A stretch of DNA of 62,415 nucleotides, counting the filler, from Kipferlia bialata (Eukaryota): the NCBI GenBank assembly GCA_003568945.1. It is 5 parts of 5 records of this genome, joined end to end, with 100 filler letters (N's around TTAATTAATTAA, not from the genome) between each part and the next. Parts side by side here need not be neighbours in the genome. Positions count along the whole stretch, not along the records: positions 1 to 13,434 come from BDIP01000945.1; 4 more parts are not named here. One strand, 5' to 3'. Numbering within the stretch: position 1 is the stretch's first letter; the number at the start of each line of letters is the position of its first letter. The notes below the pieces were generated by a model, which was not told the origin of the DNA, searched no databases, and saw nothing but the letters and a program-made list of their open reading frames with translations. Below, one piece after another: positions 1-13,399 of the stretch. Made by a program: the position numbers and the translations under genes.

Positions 1-17
1 CAGTTCTCTCCTCCCAG

Positions 18-1035
18 GATCTGCTGGCCAAGGTCACCCCCTGCATCCCCCCCCCCCCCCCCCCCCCCCTTCCCATTTATTGTCCTGACCCCCAGGGCCA
101 AGGCTGCTGAGGAGATTGACCGTGCCAGTGACCAGATGCTGACCCTGGTGCTAGACACCTGCAGACTGGTGGAGAGCAGGGCCAAGGCAGACGTGGGGTC
201 CGGAGACTCCATCCTGGGTGACAAGACTGAGGGCGAGGAGGGAGAGGAGGGCAGCAAGACAGACCTGCCCCTCTTTGTGCAGAGGAAGCTGGAGATGTCC
301 CGCTCTATTGTGGCTGCCAAGCGCATGCAGCAGAAGCAGAAGCACGCTGTGTCTGTGGCCTACGAGGAGAAGAGACGCCTAGACGCCTTCATCAGGCTGG
401 TCGACATGATGCTCACACACTCTATTGCATACATGGTGCAGGACGCTGCCAATGCCCTGGTCAGACGCACCCAGGTGGTGGACGAGACAGACAAGGTACG
501 GGGCGGAATATCTGTAGTGCCTCTATATACTCCCTCTATCAGTATATATATACTTACCCCCAGCAGAAGAGAGGCGGTGCCAGACAGAGACTGGTGCCCG
601 GTCTCATTGCGTGCCAGCTCAACATCCCAGACGATGCCTCTGCTGTTGGGTACGCACCCTCCATCCCCTCTGTGGGGGACACCCTCACACACTCCATCGA
701 GGAGCTCATCTCCTCCTCGGCCCTGTCTACCAGGCTCGTGCACCTCCACGCACTCAGGGGGTACTTCGTGCACCCCGACAAGCCGGGTCTGCCTAGGCCC
801 CAGTCCCTCTCGGAGGTTCTGTCCCTATACGAGCCCCACGTCACTGCTCTGGCATCTCTCAACAAGGTACATACTTGTACTCATTGGTGGTAATGAGTAG
901 TCATATATTTGTATTCCCACACTTATAGCTCCATACTCACTCCAGGTGTTCGAGGCCTCTGAGACCTCTGCCGCATCCTTTGCACAGGAGTTCGAGCCTC
1001 TGCTGGTGGTCGCAGACTTCAAGAGGTACGGTGTA

Positions 1036-1075
<40 letters not shown>

Positions 1076-3971
1076 AGATACACTCTCTCCCATCTCACCC
1101 CCAGGACCTTCGACAGAGAGGCCTTCCTCGCTGCCCCCCACCCCGTCACTGAGCTGGTGGATGCCCTGCAGAACTACCAGAAGTGGGTGGTGGCCATCGA
1201 GCGTGTGCCTGTCGGACACAGGCTGGTTGCTGTCCAAGCTCACTCCAAGGACCTCAAGGGAAACCTTCTCCCTGTCGCCCAGGGCGCCATCGAGACCCTG
1301 CAGGAGGCCGCCCTTGGCCAGCTGAGGACGCTGTGCTCGGATACTGCCACAGCCCTCAGAGGACACCAGAAGGCACTCACCCAGAAGGAGGGCGCCAGGC
1401 TGGATCTCCCCGAGTACGTCAACTACGTCAAGTACGTGGCCACAGTGGCTGGGGAGCGCAGGCGCCTTGCAGAGGACATTGCCCGTGCCGACGGCATCCT
1501 CGAGGTGCTTGAGAACAGTGGCGTGAGTGTGGATGTGACTGACAGGTCTAGGGTGCAGACCATCCACGAGGAGCAGGAGGAGACGACCCGCGCCCACCGT
1601 GCCGCCCGGGAGTACATTGCAAAGGAGAAGGCGTCCCAGCTGGGAGGGCTGGACAAGAGGCACGACCAGGTGGTGCAGCAGGTGTCGGACCTCAAGCTCG
1701 ACGCCACCTCCGGCCTTGTTGTGTCCCCTGATGCTGATGCCACCACTGCCCTCCAGAGGGTGAATGACATCAGAGACCAGCTGGCCACCCTCAGGACCAG
1801 GAGCGACACCTACAACGGGTATGCCTCTCTGCTCAAGGTGGAGGAGAAGGCAGAGCCCAAGGAGGGCGAGGAGGGCGAGGGCGAGGGAGAGAGAGAGGGA
1901 GAGGCAGAGGAGAAGAAGGACGTTGCCGCCCCTGAGAAGGACGAGGAGGAGGAGAAGGAGGCCGTGTCCACAGACTACGACTCATCATCCCTCGATGAGA
2001 CCATTGCCCTGGTCGACCTCAAGAGAGACATCTGGAGTGCTGTCGCTGAGTGGAACGACAAGTATGAGGAGATCACCAACATGGTACGTGTGGTTGTAGC
2101 AGCCTATATATGTGTATTAGTGGATCCTCTCTCTCTCTGACCCTAGGACTGGCGTGCCCAGGATGTCGAGGAGGTTGTCACCTTCATCCAGACCGCATAC
2201 AAGAACGCCGTCCGCTTCAGCAGGAGGCTCGAGGGAGACGAGGTGTCTCTGCAGCTGATGCGCACCATTGACACCCTCAGACTCAAGATCAGTCTGCTGC
2301 AGGACCTGGGCAACCCTGCCCTGCAGAACAGACACTGGTCTAAGGTGTTCTCCATCCTGGACTCCCCCTCCCTGTCCCCCAAGGTGTCCTTCAGCCTCGA
2401 CTCTCTGCTGCAGGCAGGGGCCCAGGCCCACAGGCAGGCCATCGGGGAGATCTCTGCCGTTGCCAGTGGAGAGTTCAGTCTCGAGCTGGCCCTCAAGCAG
2501 ATCACGGCTGCCTGGCAAGACATGGCCTTCCAGTGCAAGGCCCACATGCGTGGAGGCAAGGCCAAGCCCGACCCCAGCGTGGTACTCCCTCTCGAGGACC
2601 AGTACCACATCCTGGCCAGTGTGGAGGACATCACTCAGCTGCTCGAGGACAACCAGGTGACCCTTCAGACCATGCTTGCCTCCCGCTTCATCGTTGGCAT
2701 CCGCAAGACTGTCGAGGTGTGGGAGAAGCGTCTCGGCCTGCTGTCTGAGCTGCTAGACGAGTGGCTGCAGTGCCAGCTGTCCTGGCTGTATCTCGAGGTC
2801 ATCTTTGCCCCCGAGGACATCAAGAGGCAGCTGCCGGTGGAGTCCACCCAGTTCGAGGAGGTCAATGCCAAGTGGAGAGACTTCATGCAGAGCGTTGCAG
2901 CCACCCCCTCTGTCCTCTCTGTCCTCGAGACACCCGACATCCTCGCCACCTTTGTCGACCACAACAAGAGGCTGGACGGCATCCAGAAGAAGCTCGAGCA
3001 GTATCTGGAGACAAAGAGGATGGCCTTCCCCAGGTTCTTCTTCCTGTCCAACGATGAGCTGCTGGAGATCCTGTCCCAGACCACCGAGCCCAGGGCCGTG
3101 CAGCCCCACCTCCGTAAGATCTTTGAGAACATTGCCACCCTCGAGTTTGAGGACCACAAGGAGCCCCAGCCCTCTGCGGACGAGGCAGCGGAGCCTGTCA
3201 TCAAGACTGTCACCGAGATCACGCACATGGCCAGTACCGAGGGAGAGAGCGTCAAGTTCCTGAGGAAGATCAAGGCGTCTGGCCCCGTTGAGAACTGGCT
3301 CATGTCTGTGGAGGACGCCATGAAGGAGACGATCAAGTGGTACTCGGGAGAGACGCTGCGTGCCATGCACAAGGAGGAGAGAGAGCACTGGCTCTTTGCA
3401 TGGCCTGCACAGTGCGTCCTGGCCTGTGACCAGATCGACTTCTGCACAGGTGTCGAGGATGCCCTCACCGATGCCGCCCCTGGCCAGACAGATGCATCTC
3501 TCGGCATATACTACGATGGTGTGCTCTCCAACATCACTGGCCTGGTCGAGCTGGTCAGAGGAGACCTCACCAAGCTGCAGAGACGTGCCATTGGTACCCT
3601 GATTGTGGTGACTGTGCACGGCAGAGACGTTGTGCACGGCATGCTGTCTCCCAAGCACGAGAACTACTGCACATCCGTCAATGACTTTGGATGGCTCAAG
3701 CAACTCAGGTACATTCTACTCCACCCTATTGTATCGTATGTATGTGAAGATACCCTTTCACTGTACTGACCCCCCAGATACTACTACGACACCAAGTCCC
3801 AGGACGTCATGTTGAAGCAGACCAGCACCTCCTTTGCTGCTGGATACGAGTTCTACGGTGTCACTGCTAGGCTGGTCATCACTCCCCTGACCGACCGATG
3901 CTACATGACACTCACCACCGCTATCCACCTCCACCTGGGTGGTAGCCCCCAGGGACCTGCAGGTACTACAG

Positions 3972-4010
<39 letters not shown>

Positions 4011-7000
4011 CGCGCGTGCGCGTCTCTACATCTACACCCCTTAACACTAGGAACCGGTAAGACTGAGACTGTCAAGGACCTTGCCAAGGCCATGATGATC
4101 CAGTGTGTTGTGTTCAACTGCTCAGACGGACTCGACTACAAGATGATGGGTCGGTTCTTCTCCGGCCTTGCCCAGACCGGTGCCTGGGCCTGTTTCGATG
4201 AGTTCAACAGAATCGACATCGAGGTGCTGTCCGTTATCGCCCAGCAGATCCTCAGGTAAGAGAACACCCTCATTCACACATTCATCCATAGATGCCCCGC
4301 CTCCCCTTCACATACCCCTCTCACCCCCCAGTATCCAGCGTGCCATTATGGTGGAGGCCAAGACATTTGTGTTTGAGGGGTCAGAGATCAAGCTCAACCC
4401 CCAGTGCGGATTCTTCATCACCATGAACCCTGGATACGCTGGCCGTACCGAGCTGCCCGACAACCTCAAGGCCCTGTTCAGACCCATTGCCATGATGGTG
4501 CCAGACTACTCGCTGATTGCAGAGATCATTCTGTTCAGCGAGGGATTCAGCACAGCCAAGGGTCTGGCCCGCAAGATGACACGCCTCTACAAGCTGTCCT
4601 CTGAGCAGCTGAGTCAGCAGGTATATATATGCAATCATTATATATATATATATACTTGTAACTGTAGACTCACCCTCCAGGACCACTATGACTTTGGTAT
4701 GCGTGCCATCAAGGCCGTGCTGGTCATGGCAGGTGCCTGTAAGAGGCAGTACACAGACCTCTCAGAGGATGTCGTGCTGATCAGAGCCATGAGGGACTCC
4801 AATGTACCCAAGTACTTGAGCGAGGATGTGCCTCTGTTCATGGGTATTGTCCAGGACCTCTTCCCAGGTGTGTTTATATACACATTTATATATATGCACG
4901 TACTCTATTGACCTGGATACTCACCCCCAGGTGTTGACATTCCCGAGGTTGACTTTGGCATCCTGCAGGAGATGATTGAGACTGTGATGGCCGAGCAGCA
5001 CCTGCAGACGGTCCCCTCCTTCATCACCAAGATCCTCCAGTTCTTCGACACCCATGTCGTCAGGCACGGTCTCATGCTCGTCGGAGAGAGTGGCACTGGT
5101 AAGACTGTGGTTAGGGACGTGCTCTTTGAGACCCTGAACAGGCTGGCCAAGGACCCCGAGCTCTGCAAGGAGTCCAACCAGTACAGAGAGACAATCCAGA
5201 CCGTGCTCAACCCCAAGGCTATCACCATGGGAGAGCTCTATGGAGAGTTCAACCTCACATCCCACGAGTGGACTGACGGACTCGTCGCCAACATTGCCAG
5301 AAAGCTGACCCCCGGCGCTAACCAGGGCCTCAAGCAGTGGATTGTCTTTGACGGACCTGTTGACGCGTACGTACTTCCTTTCTCCCTCTGTGTTATTCTA
5401 TATTCAATATCTACTTTGTTCCCTTCACCCTCTAATCCCAGTCTGTGGATTGAGAACATGAACACTGTGCTCGATGACAACAAGATGCTCTGTCTCGCCA
5501 ACGGAGAGAGAATCAGGTGAGACGGAGATAAGACCACACATACTATGTTACGCTGTTTCTTGACCTTGAACATATTGCTAACATCAGGCTTCCTCCTATG
5601 GTGAATGCCATCTTTGAGGTCCGTGACCTTGCCGTTGCCTCCCCTGCCACTGTGTCCAGGTGTGACATGTTGTTATATAATACTGTGTGGAGTGTATACT
5701 CTGTGTACTGTATGCAGTGTCTGACCCCCAGGTGTGGTATGGTGTTTATGGAGGATGAGCACATTGGGTGGGCCGCCCCTGTCAGAAAGTGGCTGGCCGA
5801 GAAGAGGCGTCTGCTGATGCACCTATCCTGTGTGGAGGACCTGCAGCTGGACCTCACCCACTTCGAGCAGGAGGCAGAGGTGGCCACCTCCAAGCACCGC
5901 TCCATCGCCCTGTCCAAGGAGAGGACCGACACCGAGGCCATCGACGCCGAGGTCGCTGTGCTACCCGATGTGCAGAACCTCAAGACTCTCGACGAGCACC
6001 TCGGCAGTGTAGCTGACCTCGCCATTGCCAGGCTCTACGCCCAGCTGGAGGGGGTGGTACCCGCCCTCATCAAGTACTGCCGCAACAACGCCCAGGAGTA
6101 CATGGCGTCTCTCGATGCCCAGCTGGTGCAGGGGGTGCTGGATCTGATGGAGGCCCAGATTGCCAAGAGGATCAGTGTGATGGACGATAGACTCAGAGCA
6201 CAGCAGAAGAGGGCCAAGGAGAAGAAGGCAGCAGAGGCGCCAGAGGAGGACGAGGGAGAGAGTGAGAAGGACAACCGCCTGGACCTCTCCTCCCACCCCA
6301 TGGTGCTGACCCCTGTCCTCAAGAGGACTCTCGACATGCGCCTCCTCTTCTCTCTGACATGGTCCATGGGAGGCAACCTCGTGGGAGACTGCAGACCCGG
6401 CTTCGACGACAAGCTCAACTCCATCTTGAGGGACAAGGAGCTCCACGCCGCCCACCCCACCGCAGACATCCCTGCCCTACAGGCCCTGGTGCCTAGGGGC
6501 ATGGCTGACGGGAAGCCGATGACCGTCTTTGACTACTACGTGGACGAGGTGTCCCGCTCCTTCGCCCCCTGGTCCCAGGCAGTGCCCAAGTTCACCTACG
6601 ACCCCGCCGTGCCCTCCTACGAGTGCATCGTGCCCACAGTCGACAGTGTCAGGCAGACTGCCCTCGTGGCCCTCCTGGCCCAGGCCGGCAAGAACGTGCT
6701 GCTGTGCGGTCCCACCGGTACTGCCAAGTCTGTGGTTCTGTCCTCCTGGCTGAGGACAGGCGAGTGCGAGGAGGAGTTCAACACCGCCTCCCTCGGCTTC
6801 AGTGCCCAGACCCAGCCAGAGCAGACAGAGGGACTGCTGCAGGAGAAGCTAGAGAGGAAGAGGAAGAACCTCTTTGGCCCACCAGCTGGCAAGAGGCAGA
6901 TCTTCTTTGTTGATGACATCAACATGCCCGCCCAGGAGATCTACGGTGCCCAGCCCCCAGTTGAGCTGGTCAGGCAGATCATCGACCAGGAGGGATGCTA

Positions 7001-10000
7001 CGACAGGAAGAAGCTCTTCTTCAAGCACTTTGCCAACTGCCAGTTCATGGCTGCCTGTGCCCCTGCAGGAGGTGGCAGGAACGCCATGACGATGCGTCTC
7101 GTGAGGAGGTTCCACCTTCTTGCTGCCCCTGAGTTGTCTGAGGCCTCTCTCCGCACCATCTTCACATCCATCCTCGGTGGGTTCCTGGACACCCCCTTCG
7201 GACCCGCCAAGCTCAGCTTCAGCGAGGCCCTCCTCGACCTGTCCAGCCCCCTAGTGGATGCCACCATCAACCTGTACAACACGATGAAGGACACCATGAG
7301 GCCCACACCAGTCAAGTCCCACTACACCTTCAACCTGCGTGATCTGGCCGGGTCTGTGCTTGGCCTCCTTACTGCATCCCCCCTCACCGTGTCTAGCAAG
7401 TCTGACCTCACCCGTCTCTGGGTCCACGAGAGTGCTAGGGTCTTCAGAGACAGACTCATCGACGATGCCGACCGCAAGAGGTTCGACAACATTGTGGTGG
7501 ACCAGCTGACCGACACAGTCGAGATTGGCAAGTGGACCGAGATGGCCGTGCACCCCGAGCCCGTGTCTGTGCTCATTGGCGAGGGCGGTGTCGACGGCAT
7601 GATGATTGGAAGGTGGGCCCCCACCAAGGCCGAGACCAAGAGGCTGGTCAACATGACTGACGACACCCCTCCCCAGGAGAGGCTGTCTGTGCTTGAGTAC
7701 AGGCCTGTCGGTGATGCCGATGAGTACACACCCCTGCTACAGGAGCAGCAGGAGGACTACAACCTGTCCAACTCCGGTGCCGAGATGAACCTAGTCTTCT
7801 TCAGAGATGCCGTCAAGCACCTCTCCAGGGTGCACCGCATCATCACCAGGCCCAGAGGCAATGCCCTCTGTGTCGGTATGGGAGGCAGCGGCAGGCAGTC
7901 ACTCGCCAGACTCGCCGCCCACCTCGCTGGCTTCTCTGTCATCCAGCCTGAGATCTCCAAGGTCTATGGGTTCAACGAGTTCAAGGAGGACATCAAGCGT
8001 GTGCTGCTGCGGTCTGGTGCCGAGAACCAGGCCACGGTGTTCCTCATGTCCGACAACCAGATTGTGGAAGAGTCCTTCCTCGAGCTGGTCAACAACCTGC
8101 TCAACAGCGGAGAGGTGCCCAACCTCTGGGCCGTCGATGAGTTTGAGAACATCATCGAGACGTGCAGGCCCCAGGTGAAGGCCCTGGGCAAGCACGAGAC
8201 GAGGGACGCCATCTACCAGCACTTCGTCAACCAGTGCAGGGCCAACCTGCACATTGTGCTGGCACTGTCCCCTGTTGGCTCGGCCTTCAGGCGCAGGTGC
8301 AGGCAGTTCCCTGCTCTCATCTCCTGCATGACCATCGACTGGTTCAGCCCCTGGCCCGGTCAGGCCCTCAAGTCCGTAGCCAACGGCCTCCTCGCCAACG
8401 TGGACCTTGGCCCCGAGGGGCCTAGGATGCGTGACGCCGTGGCCTCTGTCATGGTCACTATTCACGAGTCTGTCATGAACGCCTCAGAGCAGTTCTTCCA
8501 GCAGCTGAGGCGCCGTGTGTACACTACACCCACCTCCTACCTGGAGCTGGTGAGGCAGTACTCGGAGATGCTCGCCAAGACGAGAGACGAGCTGCAGCAG
8601 CGCCACGACACCTTTGCTAATGGACTCGAGAAGCTGACCTCTACCCGTGCCCAGGTCGCTGATATGCAGGTGGAGCTGAACGACCTGCAGCCTGTGCTGG
8701 AGCAGAGTGCCGTACAGACGGACCAGCTCATGGTTAGGCTGAAGGTGGACTCCAAGGAGGCCAACATCGTGAGGGTGACTGTGGCCAAGGAGGAGAAGGA
8801 CGTCGCCCAGCTTACCCTGCGCGCCAAGGCTATCCAGGAGGACGCCCAGAGAGACCTCGACGAGGCCATGCCTGCCTACGAGGCCGCTGTGGTTGCCCTG
8901 AGGTCTCTGAACAAGGGTGATATCACTGAGATCAGGTCCTTCAAGACCCCTCCCGCTATGGTTATGACTGTCATGGAGGCCGTGTGCATCCTCCTCGGTG
9001 AGAAGCCCACCTGGGATGAGGCCAAGAAGCTGATGGGCAACACCCAGTTCCTGCCCAACCTGGAGAAGTACGACAAGGACCACATCCCCGCCAAGACCCT
9101 CAGGAAGCTGAGGAAGTACATCCAGGACCCAGAGTTTGTGCCCAAGAAGGTGGAGCGTGTGTCTGTCGCTGCCATGTCCCTGTGTATGTGGGTCATTGCC
9201 ATCAACACATACGCCAAGGTGGCTGCCACCGTGGAGCCCAAGAAGCTGCGTCTCAAGGAGGCCCAGGAGGAGCTGCAGCTGCAGCAGTCTGAGCTGGCCA
9301 AGAAGCAGGGCGAGCTGGCGTCTGTGGAGCAGAGACTGGCAGAGCTGCAGGGGCAGTTTGACGAGTCTACAGCAAGGAAGGCCGAGCTGGAGCAGCGCAT
9401 TGCAGACACCAAGGTGCGGCTGGTCCGTGCCAAGAAGCTTGTCGACGGTCTTGCTGAGGAGTACGACAGGTGGAGCGACGAGAAGGCGAGGTACGCTGCC
9501 GAGATCGGCGTGGTTGTGGGCAATGTGCTGGTGTGCAGTGGATACATTGCATACCTCGGCCCCTTCACCATCGAGTACCGCAAGGACCTTGTCGATAAGT
9601 GGATCAAGGCGTGTGTGAGGGCCGGTATCCCTGTCACAGATGCCGAGGGCTTTGGTCTGGAGGCCATTGCAGGTGACCCTGTGCAGACCAGGCACTGGAT
9701 GCAGTGCGGCCTGCCCTCCGACTCCCTGTCCATCGACAATGCCATCATCTGCACACAGAGCAGGAGGTGGCCCCTGATGATTGACCCACAGGGCCAGGCC
9801 GTGCAGTGGGTGCAGAAGATGGAGAAGGAGCGCGGCCTGCAGTGCGTCAAGCCCACCAACCCCAACTTCCTGCGTGTGCTGGAGAACTGTGTGCGTATCG
9901 GTACCCCCGTGCTGCTGGAGAACGTGGGAGAGACCCTTGACCCTGCCCTCAACCCCATCCTGGCCAAGGAGATCTACCGGTCCCAGGGCCGTCTGCTGAT

Positions 10001-12926
10001 CAGACTGGGAGACCAGGAGATTGACTACAACCCCGACTTCCAGCTGTACATCACCACCCGCCTTGCCAACCCGACCTACTCCCCCGAGGTCTCCATCAAG
10101 GCCGCCATCATCAACATGGCTGTGTCGACGGTGGGTCTGGAGGAGCAGCTGCTGGCCCTGGTTGTCAACAGCGAGAGACCTGATCTCGAGGAGACTAGGG
10201 ATAAGCTGGTTGTGGAGCTGGACGAGAACAGGAGAGAGCTCAAGTCCATCCAGGACAACATTCTGGAGATGCTTGCCTCCTCGACTGGTAACATCCTGGA
10301 CAACGAGGATCTGATCAACGCCCTCAACAACTCCAAGGTGACACAGATATCCATCGACGAGAGAGTGTCTGTGGCAGAGAAGACGGCTGCCGAGATCAAC
10401 ACTGCCAGAGAGCGGTACAGACCCTCAGCCGTCAGAGGCCAGGTCCTTTACTTCACCCTGGCCTCCCTGGCTGGCATCGACCCTATGTACGTGTACTCCC
10501 TCGGCTTCTTCAGACAGCTCTTCCAGCGCTGTCTGACCCTTGCACCTGCCTCTGACGACTTTGACGAGCGCATTGCCAACATCATCTCCTACACCACCAT
10601 GTCCACCTTTGAGCAGGTGTCTAGGGGTCTGTTTGAGAAGCACAAGAGCATGTTCGCCTTCCTCATGGCCTCAGCTGTGGAGAGGCAGAGCGGCATTGTC
10701 CTCATGAACTCCTGGGTGGCCTTCCTGAGAGGCCCCTCCGAGAAGATGGTGCACGCAGCCGCAGAGGACGCGTCCAAGCCTGAGTGGGCCACCAACGCCC
10801 ACTGGGGCGGTGTACAGTTCCTGCAGACTCTACCTGCCTTTGGGTTGGACTTTGCAGCCACTGTGGGTGCCTCTGAGGGGTGGAAGACGTGGATCACACA
10901 CGACAGCCCCGAGACTGAGCCCCTGCCTGATGACTGGGACGAGAGGCTGGGCGCCTTTGACAGGTTGCTGCTGGTTAGGTGTGTGCGGTCGGAGCGTGTG
11001 CTCTTCTCGATCCCCCTCTACGTCGGTGCCTCTCTTGGTGCTGAGTACCTGACCCCCCCCGAGTTCAGTCTGGAGAAGGCCTTCCAGGACACCACCACCA
11101 CCACCCCCATCATCTTCATCCTGTCCCCCGGTGCCGACCCCCTCACCTACCTCTTCGCCCTAGCCAAGGAGAGAGGCTTCACCGACAAGCTGCGCACTGT
11201 GTCTCTGGGCCAGGGCCAGGGCGAGGTGGCAGAGCGGATGCTCAAGAGGGCTTGGGCCCAGGGCGAGTGGGTGTGTCTCCAGAACTGCCACCTGTGTGTC
11301 TCTTGGATGACCTCCCTTGATAGGATAGTGGAGGAGATGCCCTCCAAGACTGACATCCACCCCGACTTCCGTCTCTGGCTCACCTCCATGCCCAGTGACA
11401 AGTTCCCAAGTGGTGTGCTTGCCACTGGTGTCAAGCTCACCAACGAGGCACCTAGGGGCCTCAGGGCCAACCTCCTGCTCTCCTACCAGCAGGTCGATGG
11501 CAAGGAGCACGAGGAGGCCGTGCCCCACACCAGGAGAGGTGCCTGGAAGAGGCTCCTCTTCGGTCTCACCTTCTTCCACGCCGTGCTGCAGGAGAGGCGG
11601 CGGTTTGGACCCATTGGATTCAACATCCCGTACGACTTCTCCATCACCGATCTCCAGGTGTCCATGAAGATGTTGAAGCAGTACCTCAACTCCCCAGGCG
11701 AGGGTGTGCCCTACCAGGCGCTTAGGTACCTGACTGGAGAGATTGCCTACGGAGGCAGGGTCACTGACGACTGGGATCAGCGGTGTGTGGTCTCTGTGCT
11801 GGACAAGTTCTACACGGAGGACATTCTCAGCGAGGGCTACGCCTTTGACACCACCGGCCTCTACAAGCCCCCAGCCGGCACCGCCTCCCTTCCCGATGTG
11901 CTACAGTACGTGCAGTCCCTGCCCCTGGCCGAGTCTCCCCTGGTCTATGGCCTGCACCCCAACGCAGATATCACGTACCAGGCCCTCGAGTCTGCTGCCA
12001 TTCTGGACACCATTGTGCAGATCCAGCCCAGGGTGGGTGGCGGTGAGGAGGGCCTGACTCCCCAGCAGATGGTGATGCGCAAGTGCAGAGACATCATGTC
12101 CCAGCTGCCCCCCAACCTGGATGTGTCTGACAACCCACACCCTGACTCCTTTGTTGTGCTCAAGCAGACGGGCACGCCCTCGCCCTTCTCCACCGTGCTG
12201 AGACAGGAGTGTGACAGGTACAACAAGCTGCTGAACCTGATCAGAGAGAGTCTCAAGGAGGTGCAGTCCGGCATCAACGGACTCACGGTCATGTCCGACT
12301 CTCTCGAGAAGGTGTTCGATGCCGCTCTGCTTGACAGGGTCCCCGAGGCCTGGAAGTCCATCTGCTACCCCTGCCTCAAGCCCCTCTCCTCCTTCGTGAG
12401 AGACCTGGTTAAGAGGGTCGCATTCCACAAGTCGTGGATCGTGGACGGACCCCCAGCCGAGTACTGGATTGGGGCCTTCTACTTCCCCCACGGTTTCATG
12501 ACTGGTATTCTGCAGCAGCACTCCAGGATGACGTCTCTGCCCATTGACTCCCTGGTCTTCAGCACCCACGTCCTGCCCTTTGGCGCCACCCCAGAGAGAC
12601 CCCCCTGCGGTGTCAACCTGAGTGGTCTATACGCAGAGGGGTGCCGGTGGGACCAGGAGAAGGGGTCTCTCATCGACCCCGAGCCCGGTGTGCTCATGGA
12701 GGAGCTGCCCTCCATCTGGCTGGAGCCCATCCCGATCCAGGGCGAGTTCTACCACCCCGACAACACATACGAGATCCCAATGTACACCACGACCAAGAGA
12801 CACGGAGTGCTGTCCACCACGGGTAGCAGTACCAACTTTGTGACGCCCCTCCACTTCCCATGCACCCAGCCCGAGGCACACTGGATCCAGAGAGGTGCCG
12901 CAGCATTCATCCAGAGCCCCAACTAG
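18..12926 (+). CDS. DNAH6: Axonemal inner-arm dynein heavy chain (DNAH6-like), 5'-partial, spliced. Exons: 18-32 (tentative), 96-495, 564-866, 946-1025, 1105-2083, 2147-3708, 3778-3962, 4051-4255, 4332-4620, 4681-4867, 4931-5366, 5442-5516, 5588-5659, 5732-12926
   Basis: GT-AG junctions join the ORF pieces in phase. Motifs: linker [28 protein letters not shown]1 [65 protein letters not shown] and [15 protein letters not shown] (DNAH6-type wording); AAA2 [11 protein letters not shown]3 [11 protein letters not shown]4 GMGGSGRQS; stalk, AAA5 [15 protein letters not shown]6; C-terminus HWIQRGAA, stop TAG at 12924-12926. Confidence 0.95.
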
Positions 12927-13280
12927 ATAGTGGGGTGTTAGCAGTGTGAGACGTGTATGTGTGTGTGTTGGAGTTGTGTGTTGTGTGTAACAGTAGGGTG
13001 CAAGAGCACTGAGAGTTGTTTGCTGAGAGGTTCCTTGCTACCTCTTAGGATGTACTATTTATGTGTACCGTCATGGTTGTTTTGATAGGCGGTTGTTTAG
13101 TGTTTAGCTGTGTGTTTTTATGTTAGCCACAGTTGTGAGGGAGGACCAATAGATGGATCTACCAGTCTTGATTAGGAATTTTATATTGGCGGGTGTGTGC
13201 TTGAGGTACAAGGATGTAATAGTGAAAGTACTCTAAGGAGCCTTCGAGGGCAACACTCATCGTTGATTGAAAAGGCATGC

Positions 13281-13399
13281 ACTAAAAATAGCAGTCCCGG
13301 CTGGGTCAGGCTTCTCCATAAGCAGCACTATTCGGCCATTGCATGCGTCCTGGCCAAAGGATCCGTACAAGAGTCCTCAACTAAAAATAGCAGTCCCGG
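13281..13399. repeat. Perfect 20-bp direct repeat ACTAAAAATAGCAGTCCCGG (13281-13300 and 13380-13399) near the contig end
   Basis: Two identical copies 99 nt apart, read directly from the sequence. Confidence 0.85.

Noticed and set aside
18..5731. Fragmented dynein ORFs as a pseudogene, frameshifting or Giardia-style trans-splicing
   Set aside because: All breaks are explained by in-phase cis GT-AG introns of 60-88 nt.
8484..9967. Long antisense ORFs (403 and 363 aa) opposite dynein
   Set aside because: Shadow ORFs from GC3-rich codon bias, with no recognisable protein features.
12924..12926. Hexamitid-type TAR=Gln genetic code
   Set aside because: Dynein, SPRY and EF-hand genes end at TAG and MATE at TAA in the expected positions, and long exons lack in-frame TAR.
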